Part shown: positions 39,873 to 49,773 of the stretch, piece by piece | Layout: every line of letters starts with the position of its first letter | Numbering within the stretch: position 1 is the stretch's first letter | Source of the DNA: an uncultured Prevotella sp. | GTDB taxonomy: Bacteria > Bacteroidota > Bacteroidia > Bacteroidales > Bacteroidaceae | Assembly: GCA_945834405.1 (NCBI GenBank) | Contig: CAMAHD010000002.1 | Span: 2,645-66,644 of the forward strand | Direction: 5' to 3' | DNA: 64,000 nucleotides | Program-made: the position numbers and the translations under genes | Notes under the pieces: model-generated | The model's input: only the letters and a program-made list of their open reading frames with translations | Told to the model about the DNA's origin: nothing | Databases searched by the model: none

Positions 39873-41135
39873 ATGAAAAGATTTTTTATTGTGCTTACAG
39901 CGTTGATGCTGACGGTACTGCCTTCGGTGGCAAAGAAAGAAAAGAAACAGGTGATGAGCGACCGCGAATACTGGTGTTCCATGGCCTATCGCATGTCCCA
40001 ACCAGTTTTGGAAAACATGGCTAAAGGGGAGCTGCAGAAGAACATGAAGACAGAGTTCAGTCCCAGCTTCGACAACCGCAACCGCAAAGTAGTCTATATG
40101 GAAACCTTCGGAAGACTAATGGCTGGCATCGCTCCCTGGCTTACGCTTCCTGACGATGACACGGCAGAAGGCAAACAGCGCAAGCAGCTGCGTCAGTGGG
40201 CATTGGCAAGCTACAAGAACAGCGTTGACCCCCAATCACCCGACTACCTTTGCTGGGGCATAGCAGGACAGAACCTGGTGGATGCAGCCTACATCGCCGA
40301 GAGTTTCCTGCGTGCATACGAGCAGCTGTGGGTACCTCTCGACGAGGTGACCAAACAAAGATATATCAAGGAGTTCCAGAGCATGAGAAAGATAGACCCT
40401 CCCTACACCAACTGGTTCCTCTTCTCGTCTACCATCGAGAGTTTCCTCGCCAAGGCTGGTGCCCAGTATGACGAATTCCGCGTCAATACTGCTTGCCGCA
40501 AGGTAGAAGAGTGGTATGTAGGCGACGGATGGTATGCCGACGGACCTGTTTTCGCCTTCGACTACTATTCCAGCTATGTTTTCCATGCCATGTACTTAGA
40601 GACGCTGCAGGCCATGGTCGATGCCAAGGCAAACACCCGTCTCGACTATCAGAAGTATTACGACCGCGCCCTCAAGCGTGCGCAGAAGTTTGCCATCATC
40701 CTGGAGCGTTTCATCTCACCCGAAGGAACCTTCCCCGTCATCGGCCGTTCCATGCCCTATCGTATGGCAGCCATGCAGCCATTGGCACTTATGGCATGGT
40801 ATCAGAAACTGCCTCAAGACCTTTCCAACGGACAGGTGCGCGCCGCTCTGACCAAGGTGATGCACCGCATGTATGACGAGCAGCAAAACTTCAATGATGC
40901 CGGTTATCTTACCATCGGCTTCTGTGGCTCACAGCCTAACGTGGCAGACTGGTATACCAACAACGGCTCTCTCTACATGACATCACTTGCTTTCATGCCT
41001 CTCGGCCTGCCTGCCGACCATCCTTTCTGGAAAGACGAAGCACAGCCCTGGACTCAGGTAAAAGCATGGAATGGACAGCCCTTCCCTAAAGACCACCGCT
41101 GGGGAGATGCTATTATCACCAAAGACAAGTGGTAA
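39873..41135 (+). CDS. DUF2264 domain exported protein
   Basis: METFGRLMAGIAPWL, QNLVDAA, YVGDGWYADG, FDYYSSY and GRSMPYR motifs. Confidence 0.85.
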   Translation: MKRFFIVLTALMLTVLPSVAKKEKKQVMSDREYWCSMAYRMSQPVLENMAKGELQKNMKTEFSPSFDNRNRKVVYMETFGRLMAGIAPWLTLPDDDTAEGKQRKQLRQWALASYKNSVDPQSPDYLCWGIAGQNLVDAAYIAESFLRAYEQLWVPLDEVTKQRYIKEFQSMRKIDPPYTNWFLFSSTIESFLAKAGAQYDEFRVNTACRKVEEWYVGDGWYADGPVFAFDYYSSYVFHAMYLETLQAMVDAKANTRLDYQKYYDRALKRAQKFAIILERFISPEGTFPVIGRSMPYRMAAMQPLALMAWYQKLPQDLSNGQVRAALTKVMHRMYDEQQNFNDAGYLTIGFCGSQPNVADWYTNNGSLYMTSLAFMPLGLPADHPFWKDEAQPWTQVKAWNGQPFPKDHRWGDAIITKDKW

Positions 41136-41211
41136 AAGGGGGATATACCTGCAAGCATAAAAACACTTGCAAAACAGAAACATTTGTAAAAAATCTATAA
41201 ACTAATCAAAC

Positions 41212-41700
41212 ATGAAAGCAATGAAAAAACTGATGTTGGCAACAGTAGCTGCCATCACTCTCAGCGCCTGCAGTGGCGAGCGTGAATACCTGGATTATCG
41301 CGGCGTTTCCATGGCCACACCCTGCAAGGCGTTTGTAGACTCCATGAAGAAGCAGGGATTGGCAATAGATACAGCTGCGCAACAAGACAAGGGCACCATC
41401 GTGCTGATGATGCCCGGAAACAGCATGCGTATCACCCTCAAATCATCCAACGATACACTCATTTCCATTCAGGAAAGCTATGAAGCCAGCTATAACGACA
41501 GCACTCGGCAACTGTTCCAGACCATGCGTGAACAACTCATCAAGGAGCTGGACATGAACCCCTATATGCCTGTCAACTCGGAAGACCACCGCGAGGCTCG
41601 CTTCAAGACGAAGAAAGGTATCGTGACCCTTGTCCTTGAGAATACCTATACTCCACGACTGGACCTGCTCTACGAGACACGCAACGACGACTCTAAATAA
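41212..41700 (+). CDS. Hypothetical lipoprotein
   Basis: Lipobox LSAC after a hydrophobic signal. Start could be 41221. Confidence 0.75.
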   Translation: MKAMKKLMLATVAAITLSACSGEREYLDYRGVSMATPCKAFVDSMKKQGLAIDTAAQQDKGTIVLMMPGNSMRITLKSSNDTLISIQESYEASYNDSTRQLFQTMREQLIKELDMNPYMPVNSEDHREARFKTKKGIVTLVLENTYTPRLDLLYETRNDDSK

Positions 41701-41718
41701 TCCCCAAACCCTCTGTCA

Positions 41719-42738
41719 ATGATGGATAAAAAATATCCTGCAAAGATTGACGTGTCTGTGCTGCTGCTCTTCTTCTGCCGCACAGACACCTTCCAACTGG
41801 TGTTCAACGAGGTGAAGAAAGCACGTCCCTCACGCCTTTTCCTCTATCAGGACGGCCCTCGGTCGGACAAGGATGTTCCTGGCATAGAGGCATGTAGGAA
41901 GATTGCTGAGGATATCGACTGGGAGTGTGACGTTCATCGGCTTTATCAGGAAAAGAACGTAGGCTGTGACCCCTCGGAATACATTTCGCAGAAATGGGCG
42001 TTCTCATTGACCGACAAATGTATCGTGCTGGAAGATGACGATGTGCCAAGCCAATCCTTCTTTCCTTTCTGCAAGGAGATGCTTGACCGTTATGAAAACG
42101 ACGAGCGTATCTCCATGATATCCGGTTTCAACATCGACGAGGTGACGCCCGATACTCCGTACGACTACTTCTTCACCTCTGCCTTCAGCATCTGGGGATG
42201 GGCATCATGGAGACGCGTTGTAGACCAATGGGAGGGTGACTACGATTTCCTGAAAGACGATTACTCATGCCGGCTGATGAAAAACATCATCAAGGCACGC
42301 CGACTCCGGAGCGATATGGTCAAGACTTTCCAGACTCACTGCAATACGGGCAAGGAATATTACGAGAGTATTTTCCAGGCTTCCGTTCTGCTGCAATCGG
42401 GGCTTGCCATCATGCCGTCGAAAAACCTGATTAACAATGTGGGACTTACCGTTGAGTCTACCCATTATCAGGCTTCCTCGCTCCATACCATCCCCCAGCG
42501 TCTTCGCCGCATCTTCACGATGAAGCGTCATGAACTGGATTTTCCGCTCCACCATCCACGCTACGTCATTGAGGACGTCAGCTACATCGACCGCCTCTAT
42601 CGGGTAAATGCCTGGGAACATCCCTTCATCAAGATTGGCTATTCTCTGGAAGAACTGTGGCTGAACCTGAAACAGGGAAACTGGAAAACCATCTTCCAAG
42701 CTATCAGAAACAGAATAAGAAAACTGCTCCTCGGATAG
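41719..42738 (+). CDS. Nucleotide-diphospho-sugar transferase (GT-A, HlpA-like)
   Basis: YQDGPR, IDWEC, CIVLEDD and IWGWASWRR motifs. Confidence 0.8.
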   Translation: MMDKKYPAKIDVSVLLLFFCRTDTFQLVFNEVKKARPSRLFLYQDGPRSDKDVPGIEACRKIAEDIDWECDVHRLYQEKNVGCDPSEYISQKWAFSLTDKCIVLEDDDVPSQSFFPFCKEMLDRYENDERISMISGFNIDEVTPDTPYDYFFTSAFSIWGWASWRRVVDQWEGDYDFLKDDYSCRLMKNIIKARRLRSDMVKTFQTHCNTGKEYYESIFQASVLLQSGLAIMPSKNLINNVGLTVESTHYQASSLHTIPQRLRRIFTMKRHELDFPLHHPRYVIEDVSYIDRLYRVNAWEHPFIKIGYSLEELWLNLKQGNWKTIFQAIRNRIRKLLLG

Positions 42739-42843
42739 ATGGGTTTTTCTTCTTGGGGTAAGTCTGCTGATGCCAAAGATTCTGTCAGCCGCACGATTCC
42801 ATCAAGAAAGTTTCATAGTCGTATACGTTATTCATCTATACGC

Positions 42844-42887
42844 AATAAGGTTATTAATCTATCGGCCGATAGCTTAATAACCTTATT
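42844..42887. repeat. 44-bp near-perfect palindrome
   Basis: AATAAGGTTATTAA-T-CTATCGGCCGATAG-C-TTAATAACCTTATT, with one mismatched pair. Confidence 0.9.
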
Positions 42888-42977
42888 TGTTGGCTGTCTA
42901 TTTAATCCGCTGAATCTGAATATTCAAAAACAGCGGTATGAATAGCTGAAAATGACTACCCAAAAGTTATCCTCTGC

Positions 42978-43021
42978 CTTGGGGAGTTATATTTCACGCC
43001 GTGAAATATACGTTTCCCAAG
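42978..43021. repeat. Inverted repeat with core TATATTTCACG-C-CGTGAAATATA
   Basis: Perfect 11-bp arms at 42988-43010, extended by CTTGGG/CCCAAG. Confidence 0.8.
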
Positions 43022-43149
43022 CAAGAAGAATCAAAATCAGGCTTATTCACCTTCATTTGGCATTGTTCATAATATAACTGCTGCAAAAGGTTATATGAAT
43101 TGGACTGAATATTTTGATGATTAGCCTTGATGTACATGATGACAGGGGG

Positions 43150-44820
43150 TTACGCCTCCAGACTGTGCTCATGAACCCCAGCCACAGCTCTGCCACTTGG
43201 CTCGTTCATGTTCTTGAAAGCCTCATCCCATGCCAATGCCTCAGCAGTAGAGCAGGCAACACTGGGAACACTGGGTACTGAGAGAGCCGCCGAATCGCTG
43301 GGGAAATGCTCTGCAAAAATGGAACGATAGTAATATTCCTCCTTATTTCGAGGAGGATTAATGGGGAAACGCTCTGCGGCATGAGCCATCTGTTCGTCAG
43401 ATACGGCAGAGGCTGTAACCTGCTTCAGGGTATCTATCCATGAATAACCTACACCGTCACTGAACTGCTCTTTCTGTCGCCATGCTACCTCGGCAGGCAA
43501 CATGTCGCTGAAGGCTTCGCGCACAATCTTCTTCTCCATCGTTGCTCCCGGACACATCTTAGCTTCGGGGTTGGTTCGCATAGCCACATCCAAAAATTCC
43601 TTGTCAAGGAAGGGCACACGACCTTCCACTCCCCAGGCAGACAGACTCTTGTTGGCACGCAAGCAGTCGTAGAGATACAGCTTGGACAGCTTCCTCACCG
43701 TCTCCTCATGAAACGCCTTCGCGTGAGGTGCCTTATGGAAATAGAGATAACCTCCGAATATCTCGTCGGCTCCCTCTCCGGAAAGAACCATCTTAATGCC
43801 CATCGACTTGATGACACGGGCAAGAAGATACATCGGCGTAGAGGCACGAACAGTCGTAACATCGTAGGTCTCAATAAAATATATGACATCACGGATAGCA
43901 TCCAGACCTTCCTGAATCGTATAGTTGATTTCATGATGTACCGTACCTATATGGTCAGCTACCATACGTGCTTTTGCCAAATCGGGAGCCCCCTTCAATC
44001 CTACGGCAAAAGAGTGAAGACGTGGCCACCAAGCTCTGGTAGAACCATCATCCTCTATACGATGCTCGGAATACTGCTCTGCAATGGCACTGATGACCGA
44101 CGAGTCAAGTCCGCCAGAGAGGAGAACTCCATAGGGCACGTCGCTCATCAACTGACGTTTGACAGCATCCTTCAACGAGTCGCGCACTGCCTCCACACTG
44201 GCTGGATTATCCTTCACCTGTTCGTAGTCCATCCAGTCACGCTGGTAGTAACGCTTCATCTGTCCTTCCTTGCTGCTGTAATAATGCCCTGGAAGGAAAG
44301 GCTCATAACGATCACAATTGCCCTCCAAGGCTTTCAGTTCACTGGCAACGTAAACCTTGCCGTCCTCGTCATATCCGATGTACAATGGAATCACACCAAT
44401 AGGGTCGCGGGCAATAAGATACTCGTTTTTCTCCACATCATAGAGAGCAAAGGCAAAGATGCCACTTAAGTCTTCCAGAAAGTGGATGCCCTTTTCACGA
44501 TAAAGGGCGAGGATGACTTCGCAGTCGCTACCCGTCTGAAACTGGTATTTTCCAGCATATTCCCTGCGTATGTCCTGATGATTATAAATCTCGCCATTCA
44601 CAGCCAGTACCTGTTTCATGTCAGGACTGAAAAGAGGTTGCTTTCCAGACTCAGGGTCAACTATTGACAGTCGTTCATGGGCGAGGATAGCTGAACCTCC
44701 GCAATAGATTCCACTCCAGTCAGGTCCGCGATGACGGATTTTCTGACTCATTCTCAGTGCCTTCTGTCTCCATTCAGGTGTCTGTTCCTGAATATTAAAA
44801 ATTGCAATTATTCCACACAT
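43150..44820 (-). CDS. asnB: Asparagine synthase B (glutamine-hydrolysing)
   Basis: MCGI N-terminus, HRGPDWSG, NGEIYNH, LLSGGLDSS, SGEGADE and RQKEQFSDGVG motifs. Confidence 0.97.
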   Translation of the reverse strand: MCGIIAIFNIQEQTPEWRQKALRMSQKIRHRGPDWSGIYCGGSAILAHERLSIVDPESGKQPLFSPDMKQVLAVNGEIYNHQDIRREYAGKYQFQTGSDCEVILALYREKGIHFLEDLSGIFAFALYDVEKNEYLIARDPIGVIPLYIGYDEDGKVYVASELKALEGNCDRYEPFLPGHYYSSKEGQMKRYYQRDWMDYEQVKDNPASVEAVRDSLKDAVKRQLMSDVPYGVLLSGGLDSSVISAIAEQYSEHRIEDDGSTRAWWPRLHSFAVGLKGAPDLAKARMVADHIGTVHHEINYTIQEGLDAIRDVIYFIETYDVTTVRASTPMYLLARVIKSMGIKMVLSGEGADEIFGGYLYFHKAPHAKAFHEETVRKLSKLYLYDCLRANKSLSAWGVEGRVPFLDKEFLDVAMRTNPEAKMCPGATMEKKIVREAFSDMLPAEVAWRQKEQFSDGVGYSWIDTLKQVTASAVSDEQMAHAAERFPINPPRNKEEYYYRSIFAEHFPSDSAALSVPSVPSVACSTAEALAWDEAFKNMNEPSGRAVAGVHEHSLEA

Positions 44821-44912
44821 GGTTTATATTTCTTTTTTTTGTTAAAATCAGCCTCATCCCCGGGTCTCATCAAAGAGAAGGAGCCTCACCCCCGCTCCTA
44901 ACAAAGAGAAGG

Positions 44913-45528
44913 AGCCTCACCCCCGACCCCTCTCCAAGAGAGAGGGGAGATGATATGTTTTGCTGCTGGATATTTAACGGGTTGATGAATGTTTGCTATT
45001 TTTTATTCAACTTTCGCTAGAATTCAACATTTTAGGAGTTAAGGAGTTATCGCTCCATTTGGTCGCTGGGATTTAAGCCATTGGTTTTGAGCATTGGATA
45101 TAAGCGCAATAACATTTGGCTTAACTCCTTAACTCCTTAACTACCAACAATTTCCTTTACTTGTATATGTTGAGTTTTTTATAATAAAGCCTAGTCCCCG
45201 CCCCCTCACCTGTAAGAGTAATGTTTTGCTGTTGGATATTTAACGGGTTGATGAATGTTTGCTATTTTTTATTCAACTTTCGCTAGAATTCAACATTTTA
45301 GGAGTTAAGGAGTTATCGCTCCATTTGGTCGCTGGGATTTAAGCCATTGGTTTTGAGCATTGGATATAAGCGCAATAACATTTGGCTTAACTCCTTAACT
45401 CCTTAACTACCAACAATTTCCTTTACTTGTATATGTTGAGTTTTTTATAATAAAGCCTAGTCCCCGCCCCCTCACCTGTAAGAGTAATTATCTCCCCTCT
45501 CTCTTGGAGAGGGGTCGGGGGTGAGGCT
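44913..45528. mobile_element. MITE/REP-like non-coding element bounded by perfect 39-bp inverted repeats
   Basis: AGCCTCACCCCCGACCCCTCTCCAAGAGAGAGGGGAGAT at 44913-44951 and its exact reverse complement at 45490-45528. No transposase inside. Confidence 0.6.
44955..45486. repeat. 266-bp tandem direct duplication (44955-45220 and 45221-45486)
   Basis: The two units match by eye except one C/T near the start. Each contains AGGAGTTAAGGAGTTA...TAACTCCTTAACTCCT inverted repeats. Confidence 0.92.
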
Positions 45529-45529
45529 T

Positions 45530-46810
45530 TTAGTTAAAGCAGCTCTCTCCATGCTCGTAGATATCCAGTCCTTCTTCCTCAATGCGCTTATCAACGCGAA
45601 GTCCTTTCACATACTTGATGCCATAGAAAAGAACCAAACCAGCAGCGGCAGCCCATAGGTCTATCATCAGCACACCGAAACACTGTGCTCCGAAGAATCC
45701 CCATCCTCCACCAAGAAGGGCTCCTCCCTCTGTGGCAAGCAGACCTGTCATGATAGTACCTAATATACCGCATACGCCATGTACGGAGCTGGCACCCACA
45801 GGATCATCGATATGCAAGCGTGTATCAATAAATTCGATAGAGAAGACAAGCACCGTTCCGCATACCAGACCTATCACTACAGCAGCCCAAGGAGCCACCA
45901 AGTCACAGCCGGCCGTGATACCGACGAGTCCGGCAAGCACACCGTTGAGGGTCAGAGAAAGAGATGGCTTGCCATACTTGAGCCAAGATACCATCATCGT
46001 GGCAAAGCCACCGGCAACAGCAGCCAGGTTGGTGGTGAGGAAGACATGCGAGATGGCAGTACTATTCACTTCGCCGGATGCTGCCAGCTGAGAACCCGGG
46101 TTGAAACCAAACCAGCCAAACCAAAGGATAAACACACCCAAGGCGGCTGCCATCAGATTATGTCCCGGAATAGCGCGACTCTTTCCATTCTTGTCATACT
46201 TGCCATAACGTGGTCCGAGACAGATAGCGCCTACGAAAGCCAAGACACCACCTACAGAATGGACAATGGCAGAACCGGCAAAATCATGGAAGGTAGCACC
46301 GAAGGTGGTCATCATGAAACTCGTTTCCTCTCCGTTGCAAAGCCATCCACCGCCCCAAGTCCAGTGACCGGAGATAGGATAGATGAGCAGGGAGATGAAA
46401 AACGAATAGATAACATACATGGAAAACTTGGTGCGTTCAGCCATGGCTCCCGAAACTATTGTAGCAGCCGTGGCACAGAAAACGGTCTGGAAGATGAGGA
46501 AACCCTCAACCGGCAGTCCGTTGTCGAAAAAAGACAAGTTGCCGAAATTGGGAGTACCGACGAAGCCTTCACCATTATTGCCGAACATGAGTCCGAAACC
46601 CACGAACCAGAAAAGAAGTGAACCGAGGATAAAGTCGACGAAGTTCTTGAACAAGATGTTAGCCGTGTTCTTGCTGCGCGTAAAACCTGCCTCACACAAG
46701 GCAAATCCAGGCTGCATGAAAAAGACCAGCATAGCAGCCAGCAACATCCATACCGTATCCAAAGATGAGGCAAGCTCATCGGGTGTTATCGCTAAAAAAA
46801 TAGATTTCAT
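45530..46810 (-). CDS. amtB: Ammonium transporter
   Basis: FFMQPGFA, SGAMAER, DFAGSAIVH, LWFGWFGFNPGS and IDDPVGASSVHG motifs. Confidence 0.95.
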   Translation of the reverse strand: MKSIFLAITPDELASSLDTVWMLLAAMLVFFMQPGFALCEAGFTRSKNTANILFKNFVDFILGSLLFWFVGFGLMFGNNGEGFVGTPNFGNLSFFDNGLPVEGFLIFQTVFCATAATIVSGAMAERTKFSMYVIYSFFISLLIYPISGHWTWGGGWLCNGEETSFMMTTFGATFHDFAGSAIVHSVGGVLAFVGAICLGPRYGKYDKNGKSRAIPGHNLMAAALGVFILWFGWFGFNPGSQLAASGEVNSTAISHVFLTTNLAAVAGGFATMMVSWLKYGKPSLSLTLNGVLAGLVGITAGCDLVAPWAAVVIGLVCGTVLVFSIEFIDTRLHIDDPVGASSVHGVCGILGTIMTGLLATEGGALLGGGWGFFGAQCFGVLMIDLWAAAAGLVLFYGIKYVKGLRVDKRIEEEGLDIYEHGESCFN

Positions 46811-46880
46811 AATCGTTGTGCTTAAATTGTGTTTGTGCTGTTATTATCCTTTTCTCGTTTTGTGTTGGTTGGGGGTGCTT

Positions 46881-47237
46881 TTACTTCTCCTGTTCCGCAT
46901 TGTACAGGGCAATATCACCTCGCTCGGCAGTACGTATGCGGATGGCATCCTCTATGGGAATGACGAAGATTCGCCCGTCTCCTATCTCACCGGTATGCGC
47001 CGACTGTTGGATAGCAGCAAGAGTACGTTCCACATTCTTATCCCGAACAACCACATTAATCAAAATGCGCTCAATACAACTGGTGTCGTACATCACACCA
47101 CGATAAATACGTGCCTGTCGCATCTTTCCTTCACCTCTTACATCATAATAAGAGAACCACTCGATGTCGGCAGCCAAAAGCGCTTCCTTCACATCCTCGA
47201 ATTTTGTCTTGCGGATGATGGCTTCAATCTTTTTCAT
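46881..47237 (-). CDS. glnK: P-II nitrogen regulatory protein (start moved to MKKIEAII)
   Basis: MKKIEAIIR, T-loop IYRG and TGEIGDGRIFV. Adjacent to amt. Confidence 0.9.
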   Translation of the reverse strand: MKKIEAIIRKTKFEDVKEALLAADIEWFSYYDVRGEGKMRQARIYRGVMYDTSCIERILINVVVRDKNVERTLAAIQQSAHTGEIGDGRIFVIPIEDAIRIRTAERGDIALYNAEQEK

Positions 47238-47290
47238 TTTTACCTCTCCTTTAATTAATAAAATTGTGACAATTTGATAACTTTCGGCTG

Positions 47291-47505
47291 CAAAATTACG
47301 ACAAAATGAAATCATAACAAGGATAATTAAGTCAAAAAGAAAATCATTTGAGCTATTTATTTACATTTATTTATATTTCATATCTCTTTACTTACGATTT
47401 GTTATCATATCGGTTTGATTTGTTACAATTTGCAATTTTCATGCAAAAAGTAGATTTATTTCCATACTATTATCTTCTTTTTTCTTTCAAAATGCCGTAT
47501 CTTTG
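47291..47505. promoter_or_regulatory. Divergent -7 boxes for PII-amt (TAATTTTG, minus, 47291-47298) and dapF operon (TATCTTTG, plus, 47498-47505)
   Basis: TAnnTTTG consensus on each strand. Confidence 0.6.
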
Positions 47506-47553
47506 CACTGAAATCAAACAGAAATAAAGTATAAAAGGTAAAAGACGAACAAA

Positions 47554-48408
47554 ATGACAAAGACCATCCACTTTACCAAGATGCACGGAGCAGGCAACGA
47601 CTACATATATGTTGACACGCTGCGCAACGACATCCCCCATCCCGAGGAGGCTGCCATCAAATGGAGTGCAGCTCACACGGGCATAGGCAGCGACGGTCTT
47701 GTGTTGATAGGTGCCTCACCTATTCCGGAAGCCGATTTCTCCATGCGTATCTTCAATGCTGACGGCTCGGAAGCAATGATGTGTGGCAATGCCTCGCGCT
47801 GCATCGGCAAATATCTCTACGAGAAGGGACTTACATTCAAGCGCACAATCCGACTGCTGACTCTTTCGGGCATCAAGGTGCTTCATCTTTCTGTAGATGA
47901 TATATATAATAAGGTGGAGAGTGTCATGGTTGACATGCTGGAGCCTGTGCTCTGCAACCCTGCCCAACTGGCATTGAACAACGGAAGCATGACCGAAGGC
48001 TCGATAGAGGTAGAAGGGAGAACATTTACAGGAACCTTCGTCTGCATGGGAAACCCACATTTTGTGGTTTTCACGGATAACATCAAGCAGATGGATGTAG
48101 CCCGATGGGGTTCGCTGCTGGAGCATCATCCCGCCTTCCCCGAACGTTGCAACATTGAATTCGCACAACTCACGGGCGACAACATCCTGAGGACTCGCGT
48201 ATGGGAACGCGGTAGCGGAATCACCATGGCTTGCGGCACAGGAGCCTGTGCCACTGCTGTGGCTGCTGCCCTCACCAAGCGATGCGCTCGCAAAAGCGCC
48301 ATCGTGATGGACGGAGGAACCCTGGAGATTGAATGGAATGAAAGTGACAACCACATCTACATGACGGGCCCTGCCGCTTTCGTCTTCGAGGGGGATATAG
48401 AACTGTAA
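47554..48408 (+). CDS. dapF: Diaminopimelate epimerase
   Basis: [32 protein letters not shown] and [16 protein letters not shown] motifs. Confidence 0.97.
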   Translation: MTKTIHFTKMHGAGNDYIYVDTLRNDIPHPEEAAIKWSAAHTGIGSDGLVLIGASPIPEADFSMRIFNADGSEAMMCGNASRCIGKYLYEKGLTFKRTIRLLTLSGIKVLHLSVDDIYNKVESVMVDMLEPVLCNPAQLALNNGSMTEGSIEVEGRTFTGTFVCMGNPHFVVFTDNIKQMDVARWGSLLEHHPAFPERCNIEFAQLTGDNILRTRVWERGSGITMACGTGACATAVAAALTKRCARKSAIVMDGGTLEIEWNESDNHIYMTGPAAFVFEGDIEL

Positions 48409-48450
48409 CTTTGGCAAACTTCAATCAACAATCATAAAGAAAAAAAACAT

Positions 48451-49680
48451 ATGGCATTAGTAAACGAACATTTCCTGAAACTTCCGAACAACTACCTGTT
48501 CGCCGACATCGCCAAGAAGGTCAATGCCTTCAAAGTGTCTCACCCCCATGCTGATGTCATCAGTCTGGGTATCGGCGACGTGACCCAGCCTTTGTGTCCG
48601 GCTGTCATAGAGGCTATGCACAAGGCTGTAGACGAGATGGGAAGCAGTGACACCTTCCGAGGCTACGGACCGGAACAGGGTTATGCCTTTCTGAGAGAAG
48701 CTATCGTGAAAAACGACTACCTGCCTCGCGGCATACATCTTGACCCTAACGAGATATTTGTCAACGACGGTGCCAAGAGCGATACCGGAAACATCCAGGA
48801 GTTGGTAAGATGGGATAACAGCATCGGAGTTACCGACCCTATATATCCTGTCTACATTGACTCGAACGTAATGATTGGCAGAGCGGGTGTGGTTCAGGAC
48901 GGCAAATGGAGCAATGTAGTCTACATGCCTTGCACGGCAGAAAACAATTTCACGCCCCAGATACCTGACAAGCGAGTGGACATCATCTACCTCTGCTATC
49001 CCAACAATCCGACAGGTACGGTTATCAGCAAGGAGGAACTGCGCAAATGGGTGAACTATGCTTTGAAGAACGACACTCTCATCTTCTACGATGCTGCCTA
49101 CGAAGCATATATACAGGATCCATCCATCCCCCACTCCATTTACGAAATCAAAGGGGCGCGCAAGGTTGCCATCGAATTCAGGAGCTACTCCAAGACAGCA
49201 GGATTCACAGGCGTAAGATGCGGCTATACCGTTGTTCCTAAAGAGCTGACGGCTTCTACTATACAAGGAGAACGAATACCCTTGAACCATTTGTGGAACA
49301 GAAGGCAATGTACGAAGTTCAACGGTACCAGTTATATCAGTCAGAAAGCGGCAGAAGCGACCTACAGTGCTGCCGGCAAGGAGCAGGTGAAAGAGGTGAT
49401 TTCCTACTACATGACAAATGCAAAAATCATGTACGACACCCTCACTTCACTAGGCATTGAGGTTTACGGCGGACAGAATGCGCCTTATCTCTGGGTGAAG
49501 ACGCCTGACGGTTCGGGCAGCTGGCGTTTCTTTGAGCAGATGCTTTACAATGCCCACGTCGTTTGCACCCCCGGTGTAGGTTTCGGTCCGAGCGGAGAGG
49601 GTTATATACGACTGACAGCCTTCGGCGACAGGAACAACTGCGAAGAGGCTATGGAAAGGCTGCATAAATGGTTGAAATGA
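48451..49680 (+). CDS. dapL: LL-diaminopimelate aminotransferase
   Basis: [29 protein letters not shown] and [12 protein letters not shown] motifs. Confidence 0.96.
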   Translation: MALVNEHFLKLPNNYLFADIAKKVNAFKVSHPHADVISLGIGDVTQPLCPAVIEAMHKAVDEMGSSDTFRGYGPEQGYAFLREAIVKNDYLPRGIHLDPNEIFVNDGAKSDTGNIQELVRWDNSIGVTDPIYPVYIDSNVMIGRAGVVQDGKWSNVVYMPCTAENNFTPQIPDKRVDIIYLCYPNNPTGTVISKEELRKWVNYALKNDTLIFYDAAYEAYIQDPSIPHSIYEIKGARKVAIEFRSYSKTAGFTGVRCGYTVVPKELTASTIQGERIPLNHLWNRRQCTKFNGTSYISQKAAEATYSAAGKEQVKEVISYYMTNAKIMYDTLTSLGIEVYGGQNAPYLWVKTPDGSGSWRFFEQMLYNAHVVCTPGVGFGPSGEGYIRLTAFGDRNNCEEAMERLHKWLK

Positions 49681-49773
49681 AAAGGGTAATCCCATCATAC
49701 TGCAACACAGAAACTTGACAGACACCAACACAACACAAAATAAACACAGTTATTCATTAAAAACAATGCAGTT

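Noticed and set aside
42739-42945. 68-aa ORF after the glycosyltransferase
   Set aside because: It has no motifs, runs through the palindrome, and is probably spurious.
44850-45528. Possible CRISPR array
   Set aside because: There is no regular repeat/unique-spacer alternation and no cas genes. It is a tandem duplication bounded by inverted repeats.
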